In this document: piece by piece, positions 21,586 through 31,373 of the stretch
How the letters are laid out: each line of letters starts with the position of its first letter
How positions within the stretch are numbered: position 1 is the first letter of the stretch
NCBI GenBank assembly: GCA_034440535.1
Contig: JAWXCD010000004.1
Span: forward strand, 2,803 to 66,802
DNA: 64,000 bases
Direction of reading: 5' to 3'
From: Verrucomicrobiota bacterium
GTDB taxonomy: Bacteria; Verrucomicrobiota; Verrucomicrobiia; JAWXBN01; JAWXCD01
Translations under genes and position numbers: made by a program
Notes under the pieces: generated by a model
What the model saw: only the letters and a program-made list of their open reading frames with translations
The model's database searches: none
What the model was told of the DNA's origin: nothing

Positions 21586-23247
21586 TTACCCGATGGAGAC
21601 TTGGCTTGCCTGCCAGAGCAGGAAAACGGCGATCATTGAAACCACAGCGGCAGCGGCAGCTAATGAGTCCCAAAGAATAGTACTCTTAGGTTCAGCAGGC
21701 TGCATGGCACCTGGTCGATTCATTTGACCGGCAGGAGCGGGTTGGTTTGGTTGAAGAAAAGCCTGGGTTTGAGGAAGTTTGACAGTGGCGCTTTGAGCAG
21801 CGCTGACAGGGACGGCGGCAGGTTTAATGGCAGCGGGAACCACTGCTGAGGGGACTGCAGCAACCGGCCTTGGAGCGATGACTGGTGCTTGGGGCGTACT
21901 TGCGGCAGGGGCAGAAATAGGTGCAGTCCCCGTTTTGGGTTGCGGTGGAGGAACAGCGACGCGCGCCGTTTCTTTTTTTGGAGCCACAATAGGTCGAGGA
22001 GCATTTGGCGAGCTTCCAGAGCCTGGAGCCATTGGTTTTGGAGCCACCGTCGGAGAGGAAATCGTTTGATTCGGAAGACTTGGAGGAGAAAACGAAGCGG
22101 TCTTCGGCGGTAAATTAATGCGGACCGTTTCCTTTTTCGCAGGGGGTTTTGGTATGGTAGGAGACGACCCAGATTCCTGCGCAACCGCCGCGATGGGAGC
22201 AGGTGCGGCCACAGGTTTAGGTGATGCCAAACTACTGGCTCCCGGAGGCCCAGGAGGTACAACCGGTTTTACACCTGCAACAGGAGCGGGTGCAGCGACA
22301 GGGACTGACGAAGGTCTTGGTTGGACCCCAGGGTATGAGGCAGAAGGTGATTTCGCAATAACCGTAGCACCTGCATCAATGGGACTAACGGCGGCGGGCC
22401 GTGGTGCAGCGGCAGGCATGGGAGCGACAACCGGAACAGCGGGTTTTGGGATCGCGGTAGCGCTAGGATTTACGGGAGCCACGGGCCGAGGCATGGGAGT
22501 TGCCGCCGCAGGTGGGGCAGGATTTGCACCGGCAGGAACAACAGGAATTATAGGGCGGAGAGCAGGATTTGCAGCTTGTGGCGGAGTCGTCGTTGTGGAC
22601 GTGACAGCTCCGGGAACGATCGAGGGAATATTGACAACACGAGTCACCTTGGCTTCGTTTGCTGGCTCGGTCGATTCTGGTGGTTGCGAGGCGGGGGCAA
22701 TTGTTTTTGGGGCAAAACCTGATCCTACAAAAAGTGTTTCCCCACCAGCAGCGTTTTCTGCTGGGTTTACCGGTGTCGGAACCGCACGAGCCGTCGGACT
22801 AGGAGGGGGTTGAGCAGGCTTGATCGAAGGAATATTGACAATCGTCGTTTCCTTTTTGCTTCCAGGAGGGGCTGACGGTCCTTCCGATTCGATTGCTGGG
22901 GCTGGAGTCGGTGAGCTAGGCTTTGTTTTTGCAAAAGCAGATCCGGCAAAAAGTGTTTCGCCACCACTTGTTGAATTTAAAGGAGAAACCGGTGGAGCAA
23001 CAGGCTTAACAGGAGGCGGTGCCGGTGCACCCACAGGAGTCGGAGAGGGAGGTGCATTTGGATTAAGCGGTTCTTTTGCCCTTGGAACCATTCCCAATGG
23101 AACGTTTTCGCCAGGTGCTTTCGCAGAGATAATGGCGGTCTTTTGTCCTGCGTCCACAACAGCTTTTGGAGTAACACCCTTACTCCGGCGGATATTAATC
23201 ACCGGCTTTTTGACGTTACCTAGACCTGATGGGAGCTGTGTCGCCAT
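21586..23247 (-). CDS. Pro/Ala-rich low-complexity repeat protein with C-terminal TM anchor (tail-anchored)
   Basis: 553-aa uninterrupted ORF. Two ~95-aa internal repeats ('GGETLF(A/V)GS(A/G)FA...VNIPSI(K/V)P'). C-terminal 'AAAAVVSMIAVFLLW' hydrophobic segment. Opposite-strand Gly/Ala-rich ORFs are mirror artefacts. Confidence 0.5.
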   Translation of the reverse strand: MATQLPSGLGNVKKPVINIRRSKGVTPKAVVDAGQKTAIISAKAPGENVPLGMVPRAKEPLNPNAPPSPTPVGAPAPPPVKPVAPPVSPLNSTSGGETLFAGSAFAKTKPSSPTPAPAIESEGPSAPPGSKKETTIVNIPSIKPAQPPPSPTARAVPTPVNPAENAAGGETLFVGSGFAPKTIAPASQPPESTEPANEAKVTRVVNIPSIVPGAVTSTTTTPPQAANPALRPIIPVVPAGANPAPPAAATPMPRPVAPVNPSATAIPKPAVPVVAPMPAAAPRPAAVSPIDAGATVIAKSPSASYPGVQPRPSSVPVAAPAPVAGVKPVVPPGPPGASSLASPKPVAAPAPIAAVAQESGSSPTIPKPPAKKETVRINLPPKTASFSPPSLPNQTISSPTVAPKPMAPGSGSSPNAPRPIVAPKKETARVAVPPPQPKTGTAPISAPAASTPQAPVIAPRPVAAVPSAVVPAAIKPAAVPVSAAQSATVKLPQTQAFLQPNQPAPAGQMNRPGAMQPAEPKSTILWDSLAAAAAVVSMIAVFLLWQASQVSIG

Positions 23248-23421
23248 AATTTATTATTCCGTATTTAAGCGTAAAAAAGTATCTAAGCCTATAACATTAT
23301 AGTGTCAAGCGAGAATCAAATAGTTGCAATTCATCGTCAGACCTGACCCGAATCGTTCCAAACTCCATTTTGTAGAGCCATGGGATAATTTATTCATAAT
23401 TTTCTGAGAAGCCAGTAGGAG

Positions 23422-24384
23422 TTAAGTTTTTTTTCTGGCCAAATAAGCCTTAAAATAATCAACGGTCTCTTTTAATCCTTCTTCAAGCGCAACTTTCGGT
23501 TCCCACGCCAAAAGGTTTTTGGCTTTCGTGATATCTGGACGACGTTGTTTGGGATCGTCCACAGGCAGCGATTTATATTCAACCGGAACGTTGCTGCCCA
23601 TATACTCTTTAATCAGCTCGGCAAACTGTTTAATCGTCAGTTCAGTGGGGTTTCCAATATTTACAGGCTCGTGGTAACTCGATTGGGACAGTTTAAAAAT
23701 CCCATCAATCAGATCGCTGACATAACAAAAACTGCGGGTTTGAGAACCGTCCCCAAAAATGCTTAAGGGTTCACCTTTGAGCGCTTGTCCGATAAAAGCA
23801 GGAACCACGCGTCCATCCCTCAAACGCATGCGAGGCCCGTATGTATTGAAGATGCGAACGATGTGTGTGTCGATTTTATGATGACGGTGATACGCCATTG
23901 TGATCGCCTCAGCAAAACGTTTGGCTTCATCATAACAGCCCCGCGGTCCGATAGGGTTGACGTTTCCCCAGTAATCCTCTGTTTGGGGATGCACCAGCGG
24001 GTCGCCATAACATTCGGAAGTTGAAGCCAACAGAAATGAGGCGCCCTTAGATTTAGCGAGACCGAGGGCATTGTGGGTTCCTAAAGAACCTACTTTTAAT
24101 GTTTGAATGGGGATCTCTAGGTAATCAATGGGACTCGCAGGCGATGCAAAATGGAAAACAAAATTGACCGCGTCAGGCAGATAAATGAAATTGGTCACGT
24201 CCTGTTTTATGAACTTAAAATTTTCATTACCGGCAAGATGGGCAATGTTGTCGGGTGATCCCGTGACAAAATTATCTAGGGCGATCACTCGATGGCCTTC
24301 TTTAAGCAGGCGGTCGCAGAGATGTGATCCTAAAAATCCGGCACCACCAGTGACGACGGAAGTTGGCTGTGAGTGTGTCATCAT
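23422..24384 (-). CDS. UDP-glucuronate decarboxylase (UDP-xylose synthase)-like NAD-dependent epimerase/dehydratase
   Basis: '[18 protein letters not shown]' Rossmann motif, YxxxK 'YDEAKRFAE', overall UXS/ArnA-C-like sequence. Confidence 0.85.
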   Translation of the reverse strand: MMTHSQPTSVVTGGAGFLGSHLCDRLLKEGHRVIALDNFVTGSPDNIAHLAGNENFKFIKQDVTNFIYLPDAVNFVFHFASPASPIDYLEIPIQTLKVGSLGTHNALGLAKSKGASFLLASTSECYGDPLVHPQTEDYWGNVNPIGPRGCYDEAKRFAEAITMAYHRHHKIDTHIVRIFNTYGPRMRLRDGRVVPAFIGQALKGEPLSIFGDGSQTRSFCYVSDLIDGIFKLSQSSYHEPVNIGNPTELTIKQFAELIKEYMGSNVPVEYKSLPVDDPKQRRPDITKAKNLLAWEPKVALEEGLKETVDYFKAYLARKKT

Positions 24385-24406
24385 TGAGTATTCAATTTTT
24401 TTTAGT

Positions 24407-24490
24407 TGGTGCGCACGAGAGGACTTGAACCTCCACCCCTTACGGGACCAGATCCTAAGTCTGGCGTGTCTGCCATTTCACCACGCGCGC
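24407..24490 (-). tRNA. tRNA-Leu (anticodon TAG)
   Basis: minus-strand: acceptor GCGCGCG/CGTGCGC (one G-U), anticodon stem CCAGA/TCTGG, loop CTTAGGA, long variable arm, T arm GGAGG-TTCAAGT-CCTCT, CCA encoded. Confidence 0.85.
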
Positions 24491-24590
24491 AAACAGAACC
24501 CTAATAAATAACGGTTTTTGGAAGAGAATCAAGAGGCAATAGGGTTTTGTCTTGTGCAACTACCACGAAGCGGTAAAGCAAAAGAAGCAT

Positions 24591-25577
24591 ATGGCTATTC
24601 ATTCTAACCGCCAGAAATTCGTCATCCTTTCGTTTGTACTGGGGATTGCAACGATTACCTCCGTTTCAACCGCCATCTACTTCCATCATCGCATGACTTT
24701 CCGCGAAAAACAGTTGCAGCAAACCCAGGATGATTTAGCCCAACAACAGGATGCTAATCGCCAATCGGAAGATCGGATCGCGGCGCTCGAGTTGAATATT
24801 AAAAATCGCTCCTCTGAAATGGAGAAAAAGGTAGGGGAGGTTCAGCAACTTTCTCTTAATTTGGCGGAATCAAAAGTTCAAATGCAGCAGCTCAATGAGG
24901 AAAAAGATAAAATTGCTGATTCCCTCAATAAATTAAAAGACGAACTGCAGAAACAGTCCGGCACAAACAAAGATGTTCCCGTGGGTGAAGCCGAGGGTGT
25001 CTTGACGATTCGCGTGGCCGAAAAAATAATCTCTGAACCCGGGAAAATCGGATTGTCGGATCAAGGTAAACAGGTGCTCGACAAAATTTGTTTGCTCATG
25101 AAAAAGTATCCTGAGCGCAAGGTGCGGATCGAAGGTCACACGGATAACTCCCCCGTCTCCGCCAAGATGCGCGATGAATATCCAACCAACTGGGAACTTT
25201 CTTCAATGCGCGCCACTGCGGCAGTGCGTTATCTTCAGGATCACTGTAACGTTGAATCCTCCAGACTCCAAGCGCTGGCACTCGCGGATTCAAAACCGCT
25301 TGCCCCCAATGATACCGAAGAGAACCGGGCTAAGAATCGACGGCTCGAAATTGTGCTTCTTCCTGCGTTGAATGAAATCCCTAAAAAAGCCCCCGCCCAA
25401 AAATCAGCGGGTGCTCCCGAAAAAAAGACCGACGCAGCGCCTGAAACGGATCCGGGAAGCGTTATGCAAGCTACTCCGTCGACTGGAGGGACAGCCGACG
25501 TCATAGCCGGTGAAAATCCAGTAGAACCGCCCGCAAAACCAGCCCCCGCTTCAAAGAAAAAAAGTAAGAAAAAATAA
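24591..25577 (+). CDS. OmpA/MotB-domain protein with N-terminal TM and coiled coil
   Basis: C-terminal OmpA-like 'VRIEGHTDNSPV...NWELSSMRATAAVRYL...NRRLEIVLL'; start chosen at 'MAIHSNRQKFVILSFVLGIAT'. Confidence 0.75.
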   Translation: MAIHSNRQKFVILSFVLGIATITSVSTAIYFHHRMTFREKQLQQTQDDLAQQQDANRQSEDRIAALELNIKNRSSEMEKKVGEVQQLSLNLAESKVQMQQLNEEKDKIADSLNKLKDELQKQSGTNKDVPVGEAEGVLTIRVAEKIISEPGKIGLSDQGKQVLDKICLLMKKYPERKVRIEGHTDNSPVSAKMRDEYPTNWELSSMRATAAVRYLQDHCNVESSRLQALALADSKPLAPNDTEENRAKNRRLEIVLLPALNEIPKKAPAQKSAGAPEKKTDAAPETDPGSVMQATPSTGGTADVIAGENPVEPPAKPAPASKKKSKKK

Positions 25578-25581
25578 TCAG

Positions 25582-26577
25582 ATGGCGATAATTGACGTTA
25601 ACAACCTGACAAAGGTTTATCGCACCTATAAAAAGAAACCCGGCTTAGGGGGTGCTCTACGAGGATTGGTAAAACGCGATTACATTTCTACACGCGCGGC
25701 TGATTCAATTTCCTTTTCGATTCAAGAAGGAGAGTTAGTTGGTTTTCTTGGGCCGAATGGCGCCGGGAAAACAACCGTCCTCAAAATGTTGTCAGGACTT
25801 TTATTTCCTACGTCAGGCTCTGCAACTGTCCTCGGGCATACGCCATGGAAACGGGAAAATGCCTTTAAGAAACATTTTGCGCTGATCATGGGTCAGAAAA
25901 ATGCCTTGTGGTGGGACTTGCCAGCCGAAGAATCCTTAGACCTGAGTCGTGTGATCTATGGGGTGCAGGAGGATGTGTTCCGAAAAAGGTTAGACGAACT
26001 GACGCAACTCTTGGATGTACACGATAAGCTGAATGTCATGGTTCGGGAATTATCGCTCGGCGAACGTATGAAATTTGAGCTGATCAATGCACTGATTCAT
26101 TCCCCAAAAGTCCTGTTCCTTGATGAACCCACCATAGGCCTGGATGTGACATCGCAAAAGAAGGTGCGCGACTTTTTAAAACAGTACACCAAAGAAAAAA
26201 AGATTACCTCCATCCTTACCAGTCATTACATGCAAGACATTCAGGAATTGTGTGAGCGCGTCATTATTATTGATCATGGACAAATGATGTACGACGGTAA
26301 ACTGGCCAACGTCATGGCCAAGTTTGCCGATTACAAGATGATCACCCTTCAATGCGAAGGAGGTTTCAACCGCACCCAACTTGAAGCATATGGTGAAATT
26401 GTTGAGTTGGAGCATGGCCGTGCCCGACTGAAGGTCTCGCGGGAGAAAGCGGTCGGGGCGTGCCGGGATATATTGGCCACAGTCGCTGTTTCAGATTTTA
26501 CGATCCAAGAAGTGCCAGTTGAGGATGTTATTCGTGAGTTTTTTGCAGAAAAACATCGTTTGATCTTCACTGATTAA
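25582..26577 (+). CDS. ABC transporter ATP-binding protein (ABC-2 type)
   Basis: Walker A 'GPNGAGKTT', signature 'LSLGERMK', Walker B 'LFLDEPT'. Confidence 0.85.
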   Translation: MAIIDVNNLTKVYRTYKKKPGLGGALRGLVKRDYISTRAADSISFSIQEGELVGFLGPNGAGKTTVLKMLSGLLFPTSGSATVLGHTPWKRENAFKKHFALIMGQKNALWWDLPAEESLDLSRVIYGVQEDVFRKRLDELTQLLDVHDKLNVMVRELSLGERMKFELINALIHSPKVLFLDEPTIGLDVTSQKKVRDFLKQYTKEKKITSILTSHYMQDIQELCERVIIIDHGQMMYDGKLANVMAKFADYKMITLQCEGGFNRTQLEAYGEIVELEHGRARLKVSREKAVGACRDILATVAVSDFTIQEVPVEDVIREFFAEKHRLIFTD

Positions 26578-26587
26578 TCCCTGTCCT

Positions 26588-27403
26588 ATGCATGCGTTGG
26601 TATCGAAATACGTGAAGATCTTTCAACTCGGGTTGCAAGATACGTTCGTGTACCGGTGGAACTTTTTTATCCGACTCTTTTTTGCCGCGATTCCCTTGCT
26701 GGGATTAGTCTTTTATTGGCGCGCCATATTCGATTCCGGACAAACCACAACCATTGGTGGATATAGTTATCATGGAATGGTTTTTTATTTTCTACTGACA
26801 CTTTTTTTTGAGGCCATGCTAAGTCCAGTTGAAGATGACTGGCGAATTGCTGCCGACATCCGAGAAGGCACGCTCAATGCCCTGTTACTACGTCCGATCA
26901 ACTATCGAGCGTACAGGTTTACACTGTTCCTTTCTTACCGTGTTGTATATGCCATCGTGGCGCTGTTTCCTATCTTGATCGTGGCCTTCTTTTTTCGGGA
27001 ATACATCGACCTTTCGCGTAGTTGGGAAACTTATGCGTTGACCGTTCTCGCAGCTATTGGGGCAGGCATACTGGGATTTATGATTACATACACCGTGGCC
27101 CTTTTTGCATTTTGGATTTTGGAGGTGTCGACGTTGGTGTTTATCGTTTTTTCCTTAGAATACTTTTTTTCCGGGCACATGTTCCCGCTCGATATCATGC
27201 CTGAATGGATTTACCGGATCGTTCAATGGACACCTTTCCCGTACGAATTGTTTTTTGTCATTGCCGTTTACAATAACAAGATGAACGGAACAGAACTGTT
27301 AAAAGGATTCTGCATTCAACTTTTGTGGATCGTGTTCTTTTATCTCTTTTCGAAATGGTTATGGAACCGAGGGATTAAAAAATATACAGCGGTGGGAGGG
27401 TGA
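26588..27403 (+). CDS. ABC-2 family transporter permease
   Basis: 6 TM helices; immediately follows ATPase. Confidence 0.7.
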   Translation: MHALVSKYVKIFQLGLQDTFVYRWNFFIRLFFAAIPLLGLVFYWRAIFDSGQTTTIGGYSYHGMVFYFLLTLFFEAMLSPVEDDWRIAADIREGTLNALLLRPINYRAYRFTLFLSYRVVYAIVALFPILIVAFFFREYIDLSRSWETYALTVLAAIGAGILGFMITYTVALFAFWILEVSTLVFIVFSLEYFFSGHMFPLDIMPEWIYRIVQWTPFPYELFFVIAVYNNKMNGTELLKGFCIQLLWIVFFYLFSKWLWNRGIKKYTAVGG

Positions 27404-27404
27404 G

Positions 27405-28211
27405 ATGAAGCGGTACATAGAAGTATATAAAATCATGCTTCGCAATTCACTCATTCGAGAGATGAATTTTGCGGTCAATTTTTGGTTATGGTTGCTGACC
27501 GAATTTTTGTGGTTCATGGCACAAGTCGGACTGGTGCATGTCGTCTTTAGTTTTACCGATGCGATCTATGGCTGGAACAAATGGCATGTGGTTGTGCTTA
27601 TTGGAACACACCAACTTACAAGTCAGTTATTTACCGCTTTCTTTTTTATGAACCTCGCAAATCTTTCCGAGCTCATTCGAACCGGAAAACTCGATTTTCT
27701 TTTGCTCCAACCCGTTAACAGTCAGTTTATTGTATCGAGTAAACAGTTCGGGTTCGATAACCTCATAAACGCCTTAGTGGGCGTAGTATTTATCATTTTC
27801 GGATGTTACAAGCTGGCTCTTGTTCCATCGATCGGCCAAGTCTTTGCCTTTTGCGTCACCGTTATTTTTTCGGTGGTGATCCACTATGCCTTTTCCTTTT
27901 CACTAGTCTCAATCTCATTTTGGTTTGTACGAGCGCAAGGAATGATTTACGGGTATTACAGTATAATGAATATGGCGCGGTACCCGGACGTAGTTTGGGC
28001 GCGTGCGCATATCGCCTTGCGGGCCGTGTTATCGATTGTCATACCTGTCATTGTCGTCGCTAATGTGCCCACCCGCACTTTATTGGGCCTTACGACTGGC
28101 CCTTCGCTCCTGTGGAGTACTGGATGCCTGATTGGCGCAGCCATTGGGATTTTGATTTTTTCAAACCGTTTCTGGAAGTTTGCTTTGCGGCATTATACCA
28201 GTGCGAGTTAG
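27405..28211 (+). CDS. ABC-2 family transporter permease (second subunit)
   Basis: 6 TM helices; 2-nt gap from preceding permease. Confidence 0.7.
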   Translation: MKRYIEVYKIMLRNSLIREMNFAVNFWLWLLTEFLWFMAQVGLVHVVFSFTDAIYGWNKWHVVVLIGTHQLTSQLFTAFFFMNLANLSELIRTGKLDFLLLQPVNSQFIVSSKQFGFDNLINALVGVVFIIFGCYKLALVPSIGQVFAFCVTVIFSVVIHYAFSFSLVSISFWFVRAQGMIYGYYSIMNMARYPDVVWARAHIALRAVLSIVIPVIVVANVPTRTLLGLTTGPSLLWSTGCLIGAAIGILIFSNRFWKFALRHYTSAS

Positions 28212-28222
28212 AAAACGTTTGA

Positions 28223-28432
28223 GAATTAGGTCAGGATGCCTTTGAATTATATTACATTATGGGACAGGCCTTTAAGACCAAGGGGAGCCAGCGCTTTTTC
28301 ATATCGGGTGCATTACAGGCCATGGGTTACGCGCTGCCTGCAAGTATTGTCCTGCGCAATAAAAATACGGCGCTGAAACAAACCATTTTTGGCATCAGGA
28401 ATTATGGGAGTGATCGGTTATTAAAGAGGTAA
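28223..28432 (+). pseudogene. remnant of a thiamine-pyrophosphate enzyme (acetolactate-synthase-like) gene, ~70 codons without start
   Basis: frame encodes '...KGSQRFFISGALQAMGYALPASIV...' matching the TPP-binding 'R(W/F)I.SGGLGTMG(F/Y)(G/A)LPAAIG' region; no start codon, bounded by stops. Confidence 0.35.
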
Positions 28433-28455
28433 ATTATTTGTGAGAAGAAAACCGC

Positions 28456-29463
28456 GTGAGTAGGAGCCGACACGACTTTAAACCAAAAACCGCTTGGCGA
28501 AAGTTCAGGTATCAACTTGAATTTCTCGTGTCTCAACTTGGGTTTATACTGGTGCCGCTCATACCTCGTTCCTGTGTGTATCCATTAGCGCAGTTTCTCG
28601 GGACGGTGGCTTTTAAGTGCATTAGACGAGACCGGGAACTGGCCCTTACCAATCTCAGGTTTGTTTACGGAACGGAAAAGTCGGAGCAGGAAATATTTGC
28701 GTTGGCATTAAAGTCCATGCGGAATTTCGCCTTAGTTATCATTGATTCCCTTTGGTGTCGGAACTTAAAAAATTCTAATATAGATCAGTACGTGACATTT
28801 GATCCAATCGGCCTTGCGCTTTACGATAGGTTAGTCGCGGAAGGAAAAGGAGTAATTCTAATCGGAATGCATCATGGCAATTGGGAGTGGATGAGCCTGG
28901 GCATAGGGTTTAAGGGGCGACCGGTAAATATTGTTGTCCAAGAAATGCGCAACCGAAAAATCAACGACGCTTTTAACGTTGTACGCACGCGCGCGGGACA
29001 CAGGCTGTTGTATCGAGAAAGCCCGGCGTTAGCGCTTAAACTATTTAAAGCCCTAAAAAAAGGTGAGACCTTGGGGCTGCTCACCGATCTTAACGCCAAG
29101 GAACATGAAGGGGCGATTGCCGTGGATTTTATGGGTAAGAAAATCCATGCGAACTCCGCCCCCGCCTTGCTCGCGTTGCGTACTGGTGCGGCCATTGTAA
29201 TGATGACCACATACTGGGAAGACGGGAAATATCAAACTCACTTCGGGCCGATTATGCCGACGGATTTTGAGGGGGCAGAGGATGAAAAAATAAAAGCGAT
29301 CACACAACATTGGTTGAATGTTTTTGAGACGACGATACGTGACCGCCCGGAGCGTTGGCTCTGGAGTTATAAACGTTTCAAGTACCGACCCACTGAAGAA
29401 CTAGAAGGGTATCCGGAGTACTCTCGCTATTCTCCGATTTTAGGCCGGGGTAACAAGAAATGA
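28456..29463 (+). CDS. lipid A biosynthesis lauroyl/myristoyl acyltransferase (LpxL/HtrB family)
   Basis: LABLAT/LPLAT features 'ILIGMHHGNWEW' (HX4D-like), GTG start. Confidence 0.7.
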   Translation: MSRSRHDFKPKTAWRKFRYQLEFLVSQLGFILVPLIPRSCVYPLAQFLGTVAFKCIRRDRELALTNLRFVYGTEKSEQEIFALALKSMRNFALVIIDSLWCRNLKNSNIDQYVTFDPIGLALYDRLVAEGKGVILIGMHHGNWEWMSLGIGFKGRPVNIVVQEMRNRKINDAFNVVRTRAGHRLLYRESPALALKLFKALKKGETLGLLTDLNAKEHEGAIAVDFMGKKIHANSAPALLALRTGAAIVMMTTYWEDGKYQTHFGPIMPTDFEGAEDEKIKAITQHWLNVFETTIRDRPERWLWSYKRFKYRPTEELEGYPEYSRYSPILGRGNKK

Positions 29464-30683
29464 CCAAACTCAAGTTGTCCACCACAGCAACTGAGGGAAC
29501 CGAAATTGAGGTGGCAGTAATCGGTGGAGGTCCTGCGGGGTTAATGGCGGCGGAAGGCCTCGCACAAAAAGGTAAACAGGTCGTCCTGTTTGATCGCATG
29601 CCTTCCGTCGGGCGCAAAATCCTTGTTGCTGGAAAGAGCGGCCTTAATGTGTCTAACGCCCTTGAAGCAAAAGACTTTATAAGTTGTTACAGGCACTCTT
29701 CACCCTCGTTTATTCGTGCGTTAGAATCGTTTGATACTGAAACATTGCGGGAATGGCTGGAGCGCGAGCATGCGGTTAAAACCTTTGTAGGGACAAGCGG
29801 ACGAGTCTTTCCTCAGGAAATGAAGGCGGGCCGGTTTTTGAGGAACTGGATCAAGGCGTTGAAAGGCAAAAATGTCGACTTTCGGATGAATCATCGCTGG
29901 GAAGGTTGGTCCAAAAACGGGGGACTGGTTTTCGAATGTGCAGGAAAAATGACAACGGTACCGGCGGCCCAAACGATTCTGGCATTGGGCGGGGCTTCTT
30001 GGCCTGAGACGGGATCCGATGGTTCATGGGTGAAATGGTTTCAATCAGAAGGTATTCAAGTATTACCCCTCGAACCTTCGAACGTAGGTGTGGAAATCCA
30101 ATGGCCTCCCGGTGTCGTAAGTTGTGGGCGACAAGCGCTTAAAAACGTTGCCCTTAGTTTTGAATCCCAAACACATCGTGGGGATCTTTTGGTAACTGAT
30201 TACGGATTAGAAGGAACCCCTGTTTATCATTTGAGTGCGGCAATAGGCGAATCTTTAAAAAGCGGAGGCGGATCGAAAATGATCCTTGATTTGAAGCCTG
30301 ACAGAGAGGTTGCAGATCTATTATTGATGGGGACAACAACCAGCAAAGATTCTGTATCGAATTTGTTGAGGAAAAAATTTAGATTATCGGAAATAGCCAT
30401 CGAGTTGCTCAAGATGTCCGTGCCATATGAGAAGCGGAATGAGCTTGGGTGCTATATAAAAGCACTTAAAAGCATTCCATTGAAAGTGGATAATGTGCGC
30501 CCGATAGCAGAAGCTATTTCATCACGAGGCGGAGTCGCATGGGATGAAGTGGACCATAATTTTCAACTGCACCGGAAGCCCGGAGTATACGTGATCGGCG
30601 AGATGCTTGGCTGGGATGCTCCTACCGGAGGGTTCCTTATACACGGCTGCCTTGCAATGGGACGAGCCGCTGGAAAATTGTGA
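29460..30683 (+). CDS. HI0933/YhiN-family FAD-dependent flavoprotein
   Basis: 'VAVIGGGPAGLMAAEGLAQKGKQVVLFD' FAD motif, 'ILVAGKSGLNVSN' ~ HI0933 'GKGRCN' region; 4-nt overlap with upstream gene. Confidence 0.85.
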   Translation: MTKLKLSTTATEGTEIEVAVIGGGPAGLMAAEGLAQKGKQVVLFDRMPSVGRKILVAGKSGLNVSNALEAKDFISCYRHSSPSFIRALESFDTETLREWLEREHAVKTFVGTSGRVFPQEMKAGRFLRNWIKALKGKNVDFRMNHRWEGWSKNGGLVFECAGKMTTVPAAQTILALGGASWPETGSDGSWVKWFQSEGIQVLPLEPSNVGVEIQWPPGVVSCGRQALKNVALSFESQTHRGDLLVTDYGLEGTPVYHLSAAIGESLKSGGGSKMILDLKPDREVADLLLMGTTTSKDSVSNLLRKKFRLSEIAIELLKMSVPYEKRNELGCYIKALKSIPLKVDNVRPIAEAISSRGGVAWDEVDHNFQLHRKPGVYVIGEMLGWDAPTGGFLIHGCLAMGRAAGKL

Positions 30684-30702
30684 ATGGTTCACCCAAAAGT
30701 GT

Positions 30703-30733
30703 AAAAAAAAGGCGGAAGAGAAACTCTTCCGCC
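30703..30733 (-). terminator. rho-independent terminator for rplI operon (minus strand)
   Basis: GGCGGAAGAG-AAAC-TCTTCCGCC hairpin followed on the minus strand by T8. Confidence 0.4.
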
Positions 30734-30748
30734 TTGAAATACTGTAAA

Positions 30749-30781
30749 CGACTTAATGTAGAAATTAAGTCGTCGTTTTTT
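30749..30781 (+). terminator. rho-independent terminator for HI0933-like gene (plus strand)
   Basis: CGACTTAAT-GTAGAA-ATTAAGTCG hairpin followed by TCGTTTTTT. Confidence 0.45.
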
Positions 30782-31316
30782 AGTCTTTTTTAGGTTTGCG
30801 AGGAGCGCGTTCCTTCTTGTCGCCTTTTTCGAATTTGTCGTTCTTCTCGAATTTTGGCTTTTCTTTAACTTCTGGGACGACATCAATATTGACTTTTGCG
30901 ATAATGTCGGCGAGCAGAGTAATTTCTAATTCTGTTTTTCCGATAGCCCTAATAGGCTTCTCGAGTTTGATCTGTTTACGATCAAAATCGTAACCTTCGG
31001 CTTTAAGGCGTTCCTGAATATCATTTGCTGAGATAGTTCCGAAAGCTTTATCTTCGTGGCCTGTTTTGAGTGTGAACGTGAGCGTCAACTTGTTGAGCTT
31101 CGTCGCAAGTGCGTTCGCTTCGTTGAGTTCACCGGCTTCACGCTCAGCGCGTTTACGCTTAAGTTCTTCAAGACGGCGCACACTGGCTTGGGTGGCAGGA
31201 ATAGCGCGTCCCGTCGGGATCAAAAAGTTGCGTGCATACCCGGGGCGGACAGTGACTTTATCACCTTCAGAACCGAGGTTTCGAATGTTTGTTGTCAAAA
31301 TAACTTCAATTACCAT
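30780..31316 (-). CDS. rplI: 50S ribosomal protein L9 (with Lys/Glu-rich C-terminal tail)
   Basis: 'MVIEVILTTNIRNLGSEGDKVTVRPGYARNFLIPTGRAIPAT' canonical L9 N-domain. Confidence 0.95.
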   Translation of the reverse strand: MVIEVILTTNIRNLGSEGDKVTVRPGYARNFLIPTGRAIPATQASVRRLEELKRKRAEREAGELNEANALATKLNKLTLTFTLKTGHEDKAFGTISANDIQERLKAEGYDFDRKQIKLEKPIRAIGKTELEITLLADIIAKVNIDVVPEVKEKPKFEKNDKFEKGDKKERAPRKPKKD

Positions 31317-31373
31317 AAATACTTTCTTTAAATTTTAATTTTAGATATGCGGCAGGAATTTGCCACGGATTGT

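Noticed and set aside
21450-21680. 76-aa plus-strand ORF
   Set aside because: It overlaps the minus-strand tRNA-Asn and the 3' end of the Pro-rich gene, and is a chance ORF.
21720-23302. Several 160-231 aa Gly/Ala-rich ORFs on the plus strand
   Set aside because: They are antisense shadows of the 553-aa Pro/Ala-rich minus-strand gene (CCN codons read as NGG). The minus-strand ORF is longer and uninterrupted.
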